This document shows, one piece after another, positions 30,293 through 40,933 of a stretch of DNA of 64,000 bases (positions are counted from its first letter, which is position 1; the number at the start of each line of letters is the position of its first letter). The notes under the pieces were generated by a model. The model searched no databases. It was not told the origin of the DNA and worked only from the letters and a program-made list of their open reading frames with translations. The stretch is from Bryobacterales bacterium (GTDB lineage Bacteria > Acidobacteriota > Terriglobia > Bryobacterales > UBA6623). The position numbers were made by a program, and so were the translations under genes. Location: assembly GCA_965226215.1 (NCBI GenBank), contig CBDDCH010000002.1, forward strand, positions 3,413,228-3,477,227, written 5' to 3'.

Positions 30293-32478
30293 ATGGCATT
30301 GGGCCCAAAGGACGGTCTTATCGACGAGAATCGTGGGGGTCGCTTCCGCTTCCAGTATTTTGGCAGCACGCTTCACCTCAAGGTCGAGAACGCCTGGGAC
30401 TTACGTCGCGTAGGCGAACTGGATGAAGCCCACTGGGTCGCCACGAGCGCTCCGATCGCGCCCATCAACGGTGACCCCGTCTTCCTCGAGCTTGTGGACA
30501 CCGACCATGACGGGCGCATAGGATGCTTCGAGCTTCGCCAAGCTATTTCCTGGCTCTTTGAACACCTGAAGACTACGCCGGCACCAACGCCGGCAACACC
30601 GCCCTGGTGTTGACTGCGATTCGTAATGAGAGCGACGAGGGCCGGCGCATAGTCGAGACCGCGACCAAGATCCTGGAGCGTCTCGGCTCCACCGAAAAGT
30701 CCCGGATCACCCTCGATCAGGTGAGGCGGATTAAGAAGGAGGAGGAGGGCCGGGCGGTCAGCGAGGCGGGGATTGTCTTGCCCGAGGCCGCACAGGGTGA
30801 CGACGCTGCCGCACTCCGCCAGTTTCTGAGCGACATCCTTGCCACTGTCGGCGGCGACTCACATCCCAGTGGTTCCAAGGGAGTAAGCCGGAAGTACCTG
30901 GATGAATTTCTAACCAAGACCGAGTCGTTCCTCTGCTGGCTGGCAAAAGCCGAGCGGGTTGATGGGGAACCCTTCTCCCCCGTCATGCTTTTGGGCGAGA
31001 CAACCTCCTCCGCCTACTTCCTGTTCTCCTCCCTACGGAACAAGATCGATGAATACTTCGTACTCTGCCAGACCCTCCTCCTGGATCGCCGTGTCGGTGA
31101 GCAGATGCTGGTAGGCAGCTCACACCTGGAGGAAGTCGATTTTGCCGATCCTTCCGCCGTCCAATCCCTGCTGGTCAGATCTCCTCTGGCTCCCCCCCAG
31201 CCAGACGGCGTGCTGGACTTCGACAGTCGAATCAATCCCCATTACGCCGTACAGCTCGAGGATCTTCGAAAGGGGGTTCTCTTGCCCCTGCTGGAAGGCG
31301 CAGCCGAGAAGGAAGTGACAAAAGAGCAGTGGGGCCACGTAAAGGAGTGCTTTAGCCCACATGAAAACTGGATCGACTCGAAACCGGCTTGCCGGGTCGA
31401 GGGCCTGGGCGCTGAAAGATTGCGGGAGTATCTGAACGACTCCCAATTGGTTCGGGCCGCTCGTGAGCTAATGGATCAGAGCAAGACTACCGCCTTCGTT
31501 CTCGATAATGTCCGCCTCCTGGAGAAGGTCATCCTTTACCAGGCCTATCTACTGTCGTTCGCCAACAACTTTGTGAGTTTTCCCGACCTCTACAACCCGA
31601 AAAGACGGGCCCTTTTTGAGATGGGGACACTAATCATGGACGGCCGTCACTTCAACCTGAGCATCCGGGTGCACGACCGTTCTCAGCACGCAAACATCGC
31701 CCGCGCGAGCAACATGTTAGTGCTCTATGTGGAGGTGGGATCGAAAGAGAAGGGGAAGCTCTATGAGGTTGCCGTTCCGGTGACCTCCGGCAGCAGGGGA
31801 ATCTTGTACGTAGGCAAGAGAGGCGTTTTCCATGAGGTGGGTGGTCGGGAGATGGATGCCTTCGTGGTCGAGATCGTCGAGAATCCAGTCAGTTTATGGG
31901 AAGCCGTCATGGCGCCCTTCCAGCGCTTAGGGCGAGTGGGTACCGGCAAGATCGAGAGGATCACAGGCGCCGCGGAAGAGAAGCTCGACACCGCGGGCTC
32001 GGAAGCTGTCACCGGCGTGCAAGCAGCTTTCGCGAAGAAACAGCCTGCCTCACAAGTCCCACCGGCTCCTTCCGGCCAAGTGGTTGGTGGGCTGCTGGCG
32101 GGAGGAGGCATTGCTCTTGCCGCGCTCGGGTCCTCGGCTGCATTCGTTGTGAAGACCTTCGCCAGCCTTACTTGGCAATCCACCCTCGCCGGCGTCCTGG
32201 CCGCGGTGGCGGCCGTAGCAGTCCCTGCCTCCCTTGTGGCTCATCTAAAGCTTCGCCGGCGGGACCTAAGCGCGATCCTCGAGGCCTCCGGGTGGGCCAT
32301 CAACGCGCGCATGCGATTGACCCGACGCCAGGCGGATTACTTTACTTGCGTGCCAGGATACCCGAGCGGCGCAAGGGGCGTCCGGCGCCGCCGCTGGTTG
32401 GTGTGGGCGTTGCTGGCGGCGGCGATTGCAGGCACCGTCGTCCTCATGGTTGTGCTCAGCAGATTTAATTTCCACTGA
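30293..32478 (+). pseudogene. Frameshifted conserved protein with EF-hand-like loop and C-terminal transmembrane helices
   Basis: ORFs 30284-30613 and 30607-32478 join if one base is restored near 30570 (HLK-DYAGTNAGNTALVLTAIR). DTDHDGRIGCFEL loop, GRRGVFHE-like motif, hydrophobic C-terminus. Confidence 0.7.
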
Positions 32479-32855
32479 GAAAGAAATTCCCGCGCAAAAG
32501 CAAACCTGTCACAACCGAAGGTGGTAACGCTCTGTTAACAGATCAGCTCGTAAGATGGTAATTCCGTTGAGCTATCCGATCCTAGCACCGCCAGACCCTG
32601 GAGTTGGGGTGGTTTGTGACTCCTCCGACGACGTGCTGAAGGACTCAGGTAGGTGATAGATAGTGCGAACCCGATTTCCCGACATCTATCCGCGGACGAG
32701 CGCTACGTGGTTCGTTTCGGGGGACTTAGTCCTGCTCGCGGTCGCGAAACTCTTCGTACCCGTTCTGGATGACATGCACCGTGGGTGCGGAGATCTCTTC
32801 CACTCCAACTTCAGGGGCGGATTGCTGGTGGGGAACGCGACATCAAGCCAGGTAT

Positions 32856-34214
32856 TCAGGGACAGGCCGCCAGGATTCTTGCCAGCTCGCTTGCCCTTTG
32901 TCCCCGCTGGGGGAATCGGCGATGGGCCCTCTCCAACTGATCCCGTGCTTCGTGGAACAGACCCCTACCGGCCAGAGCTTCGGCCAACTCTATGAGCAAT
33001 GATTCATCGTCAGGAGCAAGCTTGACAGCCCTCGACCAGTGACGAAAGGCCTCCTGATCGCGCGCCAGCTCGAGCAGTGATCTTGCCAACCATCGGTGAG
33101 CGTCGACGTCCTCGGGAGCGCTCTTCAATAACAACTGAAAATGCTCGGATGCACCCGCATGGTCCCCTTCGCGGGCCATCAGCACTCCCAAATTGAAATG
33201 AACTGCTGTGTGTTCGGGCTCGAGGCGCAGAGCCGCTCGATAATGTTCCCTCGCTGCGGTAGTATCACCGTCTCTGGCCAGAGCGGTACCCAGGTTGACA
33301 CGGGCGCGAGCGCTCGTCGGATCTGCCTTCACAGCTTTGGCGGAAGCCCGGGCGGCCTCTCGAAACCGCCCCGCGTCAAAGGCCAGACGCCCTTCAAGCA
33401 GGTGCACTCTTTCTCCGCGGCGTAGCTCCCCCAAGCGATCCACCAGAGGATCTTCGGGACGGACCCCGACGGGTCCCCGCAGCGCCAAGTGGCGGCGGGC
33501 TTGCTCCAACTCTCCCGCTCCGCGGAAAGCCATGGCCAACGAATAGTGAATTCGGTTCGCTTGCGGAACTCTTTTCAGCGCAGCCTGAAAATGATCAATT
33601 GCCTCGCGGTAGCGTTTTGCGCTCAGGGCGAGTTCGCCCAATCCGTTGTGGGCCGCCGCGGAAACGGCGTCCAGGGCCAAGGCGGATTGGAACTGCTGGC
33701 GGGCCTGCTCGCGGCGATTCAGTTGCGCATATACGCTGCCCAAGTAAACGGCCGTGGCTACGTACGCCGCATTCAGTTTTCTGGCGGAATCGTAGTGAGA
33801 GGCAGCTTCTTCGAGTCGGCCAGCCTGCTGGGTCAACTGGCCCAGAAGATGGGGCCAGCGGTAGTCGCCAGGCGCCAGGCGGGAAGCATTTCGATAGCAG
33901 CTCCGGGCCGGGCCACTGAGCTGGTAGGCGTGGTACAGGTGCCCCAACATTCCGTAGCCTTCGGCCAGATCGCCGTCGGAAACACCGCCGATGTTGGCTT
34001 GAGTAAGGACGGAACTTTGCCCAGAGCGAATCTGCTCGGCCACGGAAGATTCCAGGGAATCCAAGTTCGGGAACGCTACCGGCTCAAGCCCGGCCTTAGG
34101 TGGGGGAAAGATCGGCGGAGCGGGATGCTCCAGCGGATCTTGGCCAGCCGCGCGGCACAGGAGGATTGCCAGTATCCCCACGCCGAGCCGGCCAGCAGTG
34201 CTCAGAAAGCGCAT
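32856..34214 (-). CDS. Tetratricopeptide-repeat protein, probably C-terminally truncated
   Basis: Likely start MRFLST at 34214; many TPR units (A..NLG..L, HYRAAL.L.P); ends abruptly at LARILAACP. Confidence 0.8.
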   Translation of the reverse strand: MRFLSTAGRLGVGILAILLCRAAGQDPLEHPAPPIFPPPKAGLEPVAFPNLDSLESSVAEQIRSGQSSVLTQANIGGVSDGDLAEGYGMLGHLYHAYQLSGPARSCYRNASRLAPGDYRWPHLLGQLTQQAGRLEEAASHYDSARKLNAAYVATAVYLGSVYAQLNRREQARQQFQSALALDAVSAAAHNGLGELALSAKRYREAIDHFQAALKRVPQANRIHYSLAMAFRGAGELEQARRHLALRGPVGVRPEDPLVDRLGELRRGERVHLLEGRLAFDAGRFREAARASAKAVKADPTSARARVNLGTALARDGDTTAAREHYRAALRLEPEHTAVHFNLGVLMAREGDHAGASEHFQLLLKSAPEDVDAHRWLARSLLELARDQEAFRHWSRAVKLAPDDESLLIELAEALAGRGLFHEARDQLERAHRRFPQRGQRASELARILAACP

Positions 34215-34264
34215 GCTGTTTGCAAGGCGCCAGGCAGACACGCGAGACGCGCTTTTCCAGATCC

Positions 34265-36025
34265 TCATTTCCCGGGGGTTCGATGGCCCTTTTGCAAGGT
34301 CCAATAGCGGTCGACTGTCAGGGCCCGCCACTGTTCCACAACGCTGGGGCTCCAGTGAACTCGCACTGTTCGGGGCCGATCATCGTCACCCATGCCCACT
34401 AGGATTCGCGAGTCACTCGCCGAACAATAGCTGCCGTCGGAATGTCCCCGGCGCCATAGGCTGGTTCCCCCGGGAGCAAGCACCTCAACACGGGCTTGCG
34501 TCGTGTCGCGATGTGTGCCGTTGCCGAGCAGGCGGAGCCCCAACCAGTGCCGGCAATTGCTCGCTTCGTTGAGCAGCAACCGGGCGCGGCCATTGTTATT
34601 GAACAAGACCACATCCGTGTCACCGTCGTTGTCCACGTCCCCAAATGCCGCTCCACGGCTGACTTCCGGGACTCGAAAAGTTGGCCCGGCAATGTGGGTG
34701 ACCTCCTCGAAGCTCGCTCCGCGACGGTTATGAAACAGCTGGTTCGTCTGTTGCAAGGGATACGGTTCTCCTTCACGTACCCGGTCTTCCAAGAGTCGGA
34801 CTGCCCCGTTCAGCACCAGCAGATCAAGCCAGCCGTCATTGTCATAGTCGAAAAAGCTGGTCCCAAATCCCGTGAACGGGAGGCTGGGAGCGTGCAGCCC
34901 GAAGGGGATCGTGCGGTCCTCAAAAAACCCGTTGCCGAGGTTTAGGTACAACGTGTTCGACTCACCGTCCAAATGAGTGATGAAAAGGTCTTCGTCGCCG
35001 TCCCCATCGACGTCCGCCACAGCGACTCCCATGCTCGCTTCGGCCTGCCCCGCATGATTCAAAGCCACGCCCGCAAGCAAAGCCTCATCGACGAAACCGC
35101 GCCCCTGCTGATTCGTCCACAGTCGATTCGGATCACCATCGTTGGCAACATAAATGTCCGTCCAGCCGTCGCCGTTGAGATCGGTTGCAACCACCCCCAA
35201 ACCGGCTCCGAGAGCCTGCGAGATTCCGGCCCTGGCTGTTACGTCTTGGAACCTGCCGTCTGCTTGATTGCGGAACAGGCGGTCGCCCACGGGATGGTAA
35301 GCGTCCGGTCCGCAGTAGTCTCGAGCGCTTGAATAAGCGAAACACTCGACCTTCTTATCGATTGAGAAATCCACGTAATTCGTCACGTAAAGGTCGAGCC
35401 ACCCATCGCCGTCAAAGTCGAAGAAAGTAGCGCTTGTGCTCCAGCGGGGGTCGTCGGTCCCCGTTTCGCCGGTTACATCGGCGAAAGTGCCGTTCCCGTT
35501 ATTCCGCAGCATCTGATTCGAGCCGAGATTCGTCACGTAAAGGTCGACCCAGCCGTCGTTATCATAGTCGCCCGTCGCCACCCCCATTCCATATCCGAAA
35601 GCCTTGATGCCGCTGGCCTCGGTGACGTCAGTAAAGTGCAGCTCCCCGGCCCCGTCCGCGCTCTGGAGATCGTTCCGATATAAGCGATCGCCTGGAACGA
35701 TCTTGCCCTGCCGGTTCCCCTTCGTTAGCCGGGCGCCTTGAACCAGGTAAAGGTCGAGATCCCCGTCGTTGTCGTAGTCGAATAAAGCGCCCCCCGATCC
35801 GGTAATCTCAGGAAGATAGAACTCTCCGCTGACCCCGTTGAAGTGCACAAAGTCAATTGCTGACTTGCGCGTGGCGTCCCGCAGGATGGCCGGTTCGGCG
35901 ACTTCTGTTGCCGGCTCGCTACATCCTACGAGCGTGGATGTCACCAGGATGATCCGCAGTGTCAAGGCGGGAACCCAATGCCCGCCGCGATAGGGAACGC
36001 GACCAGATTCACGGATTTGCGGCAA
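34265..36025 (-). CDS. CRTAC1-like FG-GAP/ASPIC-UnbV lipoprotein
   Basis: LVGC lipobox, repeated D(Y/F)D(N/G)DG.LDL.V motifs, SRGAAFGDVDNDGD, C-terminal ASPIC-type segment (GSYCSASD...G.G). Confidence 0.88.
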   Translation of the reverse strand: MPQIRESGRVPYRGGHWVPALTLRIILVTSTLVGCSEPATEVAEPAILRDATRKSAIDFVHFNGVSGEFYLPEITGSGGALFDYDNDGDLDLYLVQGARLTKGNRQGKIVPGDRLYRNDLQSADGAGELHFTDVTEASGIKAFGYGMGVATGDYDNDGWVDLYVTNLGSNQMLRNNGNGTFADVTGETGTDDPRWSTSATFFDFDGDGWLDLYVTNYVDFSIDKKVECFAYSSARDYCGPDAYHPVGDRLFRNQADGRFQDVTARAGISQALGAGLGVVATDLNGDGWTDIYVANDGDPNRLWTNQQGRGFVDEALLAGVALNHAGQAEASMGVAVADVDGDGDEDLFITHLDGESNTLYLNLGNGFFEDRTIPFGLHAPSLPFTGFGTSFFDYDNDGWLDLLVLNGAVRLLEDRVREGEPYPLQQTNQLFHNRRGASFEEVTHIAGPTFRVPEVSRGAAFGDVDNDGDTDVVLFNNNGRARLLLNEASNCRHWLGLRLLGNGTHRDTTQARVEVLAPGGTSLWRRGHSDGSYCSASDSRILVGMGDDDRPRTVRVHWSPSVVEQWRALTVDRYWTLQKGHRTPGK

Positions 36026-38137
36026 TACGTTCGACCACCTGCTGACCTAGTCGCCAATCTCCGCTTACGGCGCCCTTCTTCCCTCACTGAAAGGCGGCCG
36101 TAATCCCTTCCTGGCTGCAATTCTCCCCGGAGCAGATTTGAATCGGCACGGCCGGCCCCGAGGGCTGATTCGTGGGCGCGAGATTCCACTGGTTTACGCC
36201 GCAGACCAAAAAGGGCGCCGAGCCGCCATATAGAACCTGAGCCTCCACACCGCCGATGAACGCCCTCTGCGGCAGCTGCAGTCTGGGGAACGGCTCTTGC
36301 GAGGGACCAAAACCCGCGTCCGGGCAGGGCGGATCGACCAAGCCCCCGCCCGTACCGTAGACCACGATGAAGCCGTCGGATGGGGCCGGGTTGTTGGGCC
36401 CGTTTACCGAAAAGTCCGGATTCAGGATAGCGCCCTGCCCTTGACCCGTCGCGTTCAGCGCGAAGATGCCGGGGTTACTCTCGACAATCGGCACGCGCAA
36501 GGTGTTGGAAAGGTCGCCGTCGACCTCGAACTGAACAGTCGCAAAAAGTTCCTCTTCCTGCGCCACGCGCAGAAAACGAAACCCGACTGAGAAACGGAAT
36601 ACGTAGCTGCTCTGAAACTCTGAAGCGTAGATCATCGGGGCCCGCTCTCCGTCGACGAGCACACTAGTCTCGCCCAGGCTGTTCGTCACCATACCGTCGG
36701 ACCCGATCTCCAGGCCGACAAGCTCATCCGGTCCCACGTTCGTTCCGAATTGGACGACCATCTCCTGCGGTGCGACGCCGCCGCCGGGGGCCTGCTCGTA
36801 CTTCGCGGCGCTGACCAGGCCGTTTTCAGGCAGCAATATCCGGCTGATCTTGGCCCCGGTAGCGTCCCACGGCAGACCCCCGAAATTGTTCTGAAACGCC
36901 CCCGGCGTCGTCAAAGCGCCAAGCCCATTAATCCCGATGATGTAAATCTGGCTAAAGGGATCAAAGGTAACGTCGGTCACGTTCGAGTTGCGGTTGCCCC
37001 ACATGTAGGTCGAATAGTACAGCTCGGTGAAATCTGGAGAGAACATCGTTAAGTACCCGCCGAAGACGCCGTTGAGATTGGAAAAGGCCGCGTCGGGCGT
37101 CGTGGGGATCTGCGAGAAAGTCAGGCCGACAACGGCGGGCGCCCCATTGGGGTCGAGGGCCATTCTCGATGCTTGATCGAAGTTGTTCCCGCCGGCGTAG
37201 GTGGTCCGGAACTCGGCCGTGCCGGTCTCCGGGTTGAACTCCATAACACTTACGACGAGGCTCTGGGGTCCGCTTGGATAATCCTCCATGACCACGCCCT
37301 CGGATGTGGGCACGTCGTCGGACTTGGCGCTATAGAAGAAATACACTTTGTCCTTATTTCTGGGACCTCCTAGGCTGCTTTCGGAGATTTCGAAGAACAC
37401 CTCGCTTTCGTCACCTGTCCCACCAGGCAGATAGGTGGCGAACGCCACCTCGTCCTCCGCCGACGGCCAAGCGGGTGCGAAGGCGGGGTCGAGGCGCAAG
37501 ACGGTCACATGCCCATCGGTTCCGCCAGCCCGAGTCGGGTGGGGTACGCCGAATTCGGCCATGTTGTCCGAATCCGTGGTCATCGCGACGAAGACGGCGT
37601 TCTCGTCGAAGCGAAAACCTACGTTTATGCTGAATTTGGAGAAGCCCAGCGAGTCGACAAAATCCGTGCCGTTCCCACCCAGCAGAGAGGTGGACCGGTT
37701 GTCCACGGCGAAGGTGGGACCCACAGTGGTGTCCAGCTGAAGAACATCAACCCAGCCGTCCGAATCCCCGGCGCGTTCCGATTGGAAGGCGTCCGAAGTC
37801 GCCGGGAAGTTCGACGAGTTTGTGGAGCCACCAGTCAGTACGAACGCCGTGTCTTCCACACGCAGGAAGTCAATCCCCGCGCCACCCTCGTCTTGGAAGC
37901 ATCCGAGAGTACCGGCGTGGAGGAGGCCCCCATCAGGATCGACGACGACAGTGAAGGCGTCGCGCCCTCCGGCCCACGTGCTGCCGTCGGTGTTCGGGAA
38001 GCCGCGGGACTCGGTAAACCCGGTAATGTAGGCGTTGCCGTCCCTGTAGTCTTGTCTCATGCAAGATGAGTCTGAACGAGGAGTTTGTTTCTCACACAAG
38101 ATGAGCCTGAAGGATCGGGGAGTGGGCATGCTGGGAA

Positions 38138-39382
38138 TTGACTATCCAAGTGCAAAACACCAGCAAGCTGAACCTGCAACAGATCCAGCAGTTTCTCCAC
38201 TCCAGCGAGGAGATTCGATTCAAAGGCAAAGGGCGGGCCGAGATCTACACGTGGGTGGCGCGCACGCTTCGCCAGCACGGCTACAGCCGCCAGAACCGCG
38301 CCGACAAAGGGCTGCTGCGGCAGTATCTGGTCAAGATGACCGGACTGAGCCGGGCGCAAATCACGCGGCTGATCCAGCAGTACCGGCAGGGCGGAGAACT
38401 CCAACCCGCCCGCTACCGGCGGCATCGCTTTGCCCGCAAGTACACGCCCGCCGACGTCGAACTGCTGGCGGCGGTGGACGAGGCCCACGAAACCCTCAGC
38501 GGCCCGGCCACGCGCAAGATCCTCGAGCGGGAATACCAGCAGTACCAGCGGCGCGAATACGAGCGGCTGGCGGGGATCTCGGTGGCCCAGATCTATCGCC
38601 TGCGGCGGCGCAGAGCCTACCGCCAGCGGCGGCTGCATTTCACCAAGACCCGGCCCACGGCGGTGTCGATCGGCGAGCGGCGCCGGCCCGACCCGCAAGG
38701 CCAACCCGGCTTTCTGCGAGTGGATACGGTGCATCAAGGGGATCGCGATGGCGTCAAGGGCGTCTACCACATCAATGCCGTGGATGAAGTCACCCAGTGG
38801 CAAGTGGTCGGCGCCACGCCCGCGATCAGTGAAGCCTGGCTGGAGCCGTTGCTGAAAGCCATGATCGAGCAGTTTCCCTTTCGTATCCGCGGCTTCCATT
38901 CCGACAACGGCAGCGAGTTCCTCAATCGCACGGTGGAGAAGCTATTGAACAAGCTGCTGATCGAACAGACCAAGTCGCGTCCGCGGCACTCCAACGACAA
39001 CGGCTTGGTGGAATCGAAAAACGGCGCGGTGATCCGCAAACACATGGGATATACGTACATCGCGGCGCCGCACGCGGGGCGCATCCAGCGCTTCTACCAA
39101 CAGCACTTCAATCCCTATTTGAACTTCCACCGGCCCTGCGGACAGCCCGAGATCAAGACCGACGCCAAAGGCAAGCAGAAGCGGGTGTACCGCCACTACC
39201 AGACGCCTTGGGAATCTTTCGAGAAGTTGCCCGAGGCCGCCAGCTATCTCAAGCCAGGGCAGAGGCTGGAGGCTCTGGGCCGCATTGCCCAGGCCGAAAG
39301 CGACACGGCGGCGGCCCGCCGGATGCAGCGAGCCAAGCAGAAGCTGTTTGCCAGTTTCCGTTCCGCGAACACGCCGTGCTGA
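38138..39382 (+). CDS. DDE integrase-core transposase
   Basis: 414 aa, intact; RVDTVHQG, FHSDNGSEF, NGLVESKN give a D-D-E triad; N-terminal HTH-like region. Confidence 0.88.
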   Translation: MTIQVQNTSKLNLQQIQQFLHSSEEIRFKGKGRAEIYTWVARTLRQHGYSRQNRADKGLLRQYLVKMTGLSRAQITRLIQQYRQGGELQPARYRRHRFARKYTPADVELLAAVDEAHETLSGPATRKILEREYQQYQRREYERLAGISVAQIYRLRRRRAYRQRRLHFTKTRPTAVSIGERRRPDPQGQPGFLRVDTVHQGDRDGVKGVYHINAVDEVTQWQVVGATPAISEAWLEPLLKAMIEQFPFRIRGFHSDNGSEFLNRTVEKLLNKLLIEQTKSRPRHSNDNGLVESKNGAVIRKHMGYTYIAAPHAGRIQRFYQQHFNPYLNFHRPCGQPEIKTDAKGKQKRVYRHYQTPWESFEKLPEAASYLKPGQRLEALGRIAQAESDTAAARRMQRAKQKLFASFRSANTPC

Positions 39383-39394
39383 ACAGCAGGAAGA

Positions 39395-39505
39395 GGGCTG
39401 TGGAAATGACGGGCGATGGAAAACGAGGAAAACCAAAACCAGGTTTCCCTTCGTTTCCCACCGCCCTTGGAAATCGCTCCGCGATTCCCACAATCCCACA
39501 ACCCC
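39395..39505 (+). ncRNA. Candidate structured RNA/DNA element in the IS 3' flank
   Basis: Closing helix gggctgtggaaatg/caatcccacaaccc, long hairpin gggcgatggaaaacgaggaaaacc..ggtttcccttcgtttcccaccgccc, small hairpin ggaaatcgc-tcc-gcgattccc. Transcription is not shown by the sequence. Confidence 0.45.
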
Positions 39506-40933
39506 GACGACGATTCTCCCCTTCCCAAAACTCAAAATCAAAAAGCCCGAAAGGAGCCCCAGCGACTCAAAAAGCCCCAACCCCCGTCTTCAGGCTCATC
39601 CTTCGATGAGAAAATGCTCCTGTCGACAACCACGTCAAGTGCTTGATCCGTATTATTACCCCCGAAAAAGTTTTGCACCAAGCTTGTAGTGAGCGAGTTG
39701 TCGAATCGGGTGAGGAACGCGTCCCTAGTACCGGGCCGGCCTTGTTGTGGGGAGTTGCCTGACCCGGTCAAAGCGGGGGAGCTTCCCGCCGGGAAGTCGG
39801 CCGACTCTGTCCAACCAACGATGTATACCGATCCATCGGGTCCCACGTCGATCCCGAAAGCTTGATCGTCACCGCTGCCGCCCAAATAGGTCGAATACTC
39901 GACCTTGGGATCGATCACGAGCGGCCGCGAACGGTCGTATGGACCCACCTCAAACGCGACGCCGACGGCACCCGAGCGCACATAGCGGCCCCCCACCGGC
40001 CTTCTCGCGTGCGCGATTTCTTGATAGACAACAGGCCGCTCTTGGCGCACCTCGCCGGAGGCGGTGCGCAGCCGCAGGCCGCCGTCCGGCTCGAACGAGA
40101 TTTCTTCGGTTCCTTCGAACTGAAGCTCGATTCTCCTCGGGTCAGCGCCCGGCTCGACGATGAAGTCGTACTCGAGCTGGCGGGCTGATCCCTCGCCCCG
40201 CTCCCGTCTTGCATCGTAGTAAACGACGTCGATCCCCGGGTATACCTCGTCGAAGCGGACCCGCGCGAAGTGAGGGACGTCCCGGCGCCACTTCTCAGGG
40301 TCGTTTCCGATGTAGTAGTTGCTTCTGCCTGGCAGACGACCTACGCCACGGCCTCTGCTATTCGGGTCGCCGCCGACCATTCTCAGGCCTACGGTGGAGT
40401 CTCGGGCGCTCCCGCGCGGGCGCATCAACATCTCTCCCGCCGCCAGCAGGACGGAGTAACCGCGTCCTCGCGCGATGAAGGCGGCGTTGGCCGCGTCTGT
40501 TGGTTCGAAGTGCAGGGGCGCCTCGTTGGTGGAGACAAAGCGAGTTTTCTCGGCACGCGGCGGGGGAGGCTTCGCGGAAAACAGTACCGCGAGGCCGGAA
40601 GCGATCAACAAGCCAAGAGCACCCCCGAAACGGCTGTTTGATAGGTTGACTGTCACGGGTAAGACCTCCTCTGAATTAATACACATCTCAACTCCTCAAA
40701 TAGGCCTTCGCTTGACTAGATAGACTGTACCAGCGGTAGTGGCGAGATGGGTTGGCCGGCCACGACAGGCCAATTCTATCACTCACAGGATTGCTAGTGA
40801 TAACAAGCCTTCCGTCCAACAATCCCTTTTTCTTCGGCTCCGGGCGTTGAGATCAGGCGGTTTTCCCGCCTCTGTGGAAGGGTGTGATCGCCTCGGGGGT
40901 GCTGATTGTTGGTGGTAATGAAGTTTTTCAGTG

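Larger units (their letters stand above)
38048..39618 (+). mobile_element. Unclassified DDE (rve-like) insertion sequence, 1571 bp, 5-bp TSD CCTGT
   Basis: TSD at 38043-38047 and 39619-39623; ends AGTCTTGTCTCATGCAAGATGAG / AGCATTTTCTCATCGAAGGATGAG; subterminal GATGAG[C/T]CTGAA repeats. Confidence 0.9.
36084..40656 (-). pseudogene. SBBP-repeat cell-surface protein with TIGR03437-type C-terminal domain, split by an IS
   Basis: N-half (GTG 40656; NYYIGNDP, YSTYLGGSGDD) and C-half (36084-38047; PGIFAL, YGTGGG, SAPFLVCGVNQ) rejoin in frame as VVVD-RDGNAY when 38048-39623 is removed. Confidence 0.88.

Noticed and set aside
32490-32660. Possible riboswitch or ncRNA (GCAAACC.. and gtcacaacc/ggtttgtgac arms)
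   Set aside because: Does not fit the c-di-GMP-I or other consensus I can recall, and no intact gene follows; an Rfam scan would be needed.
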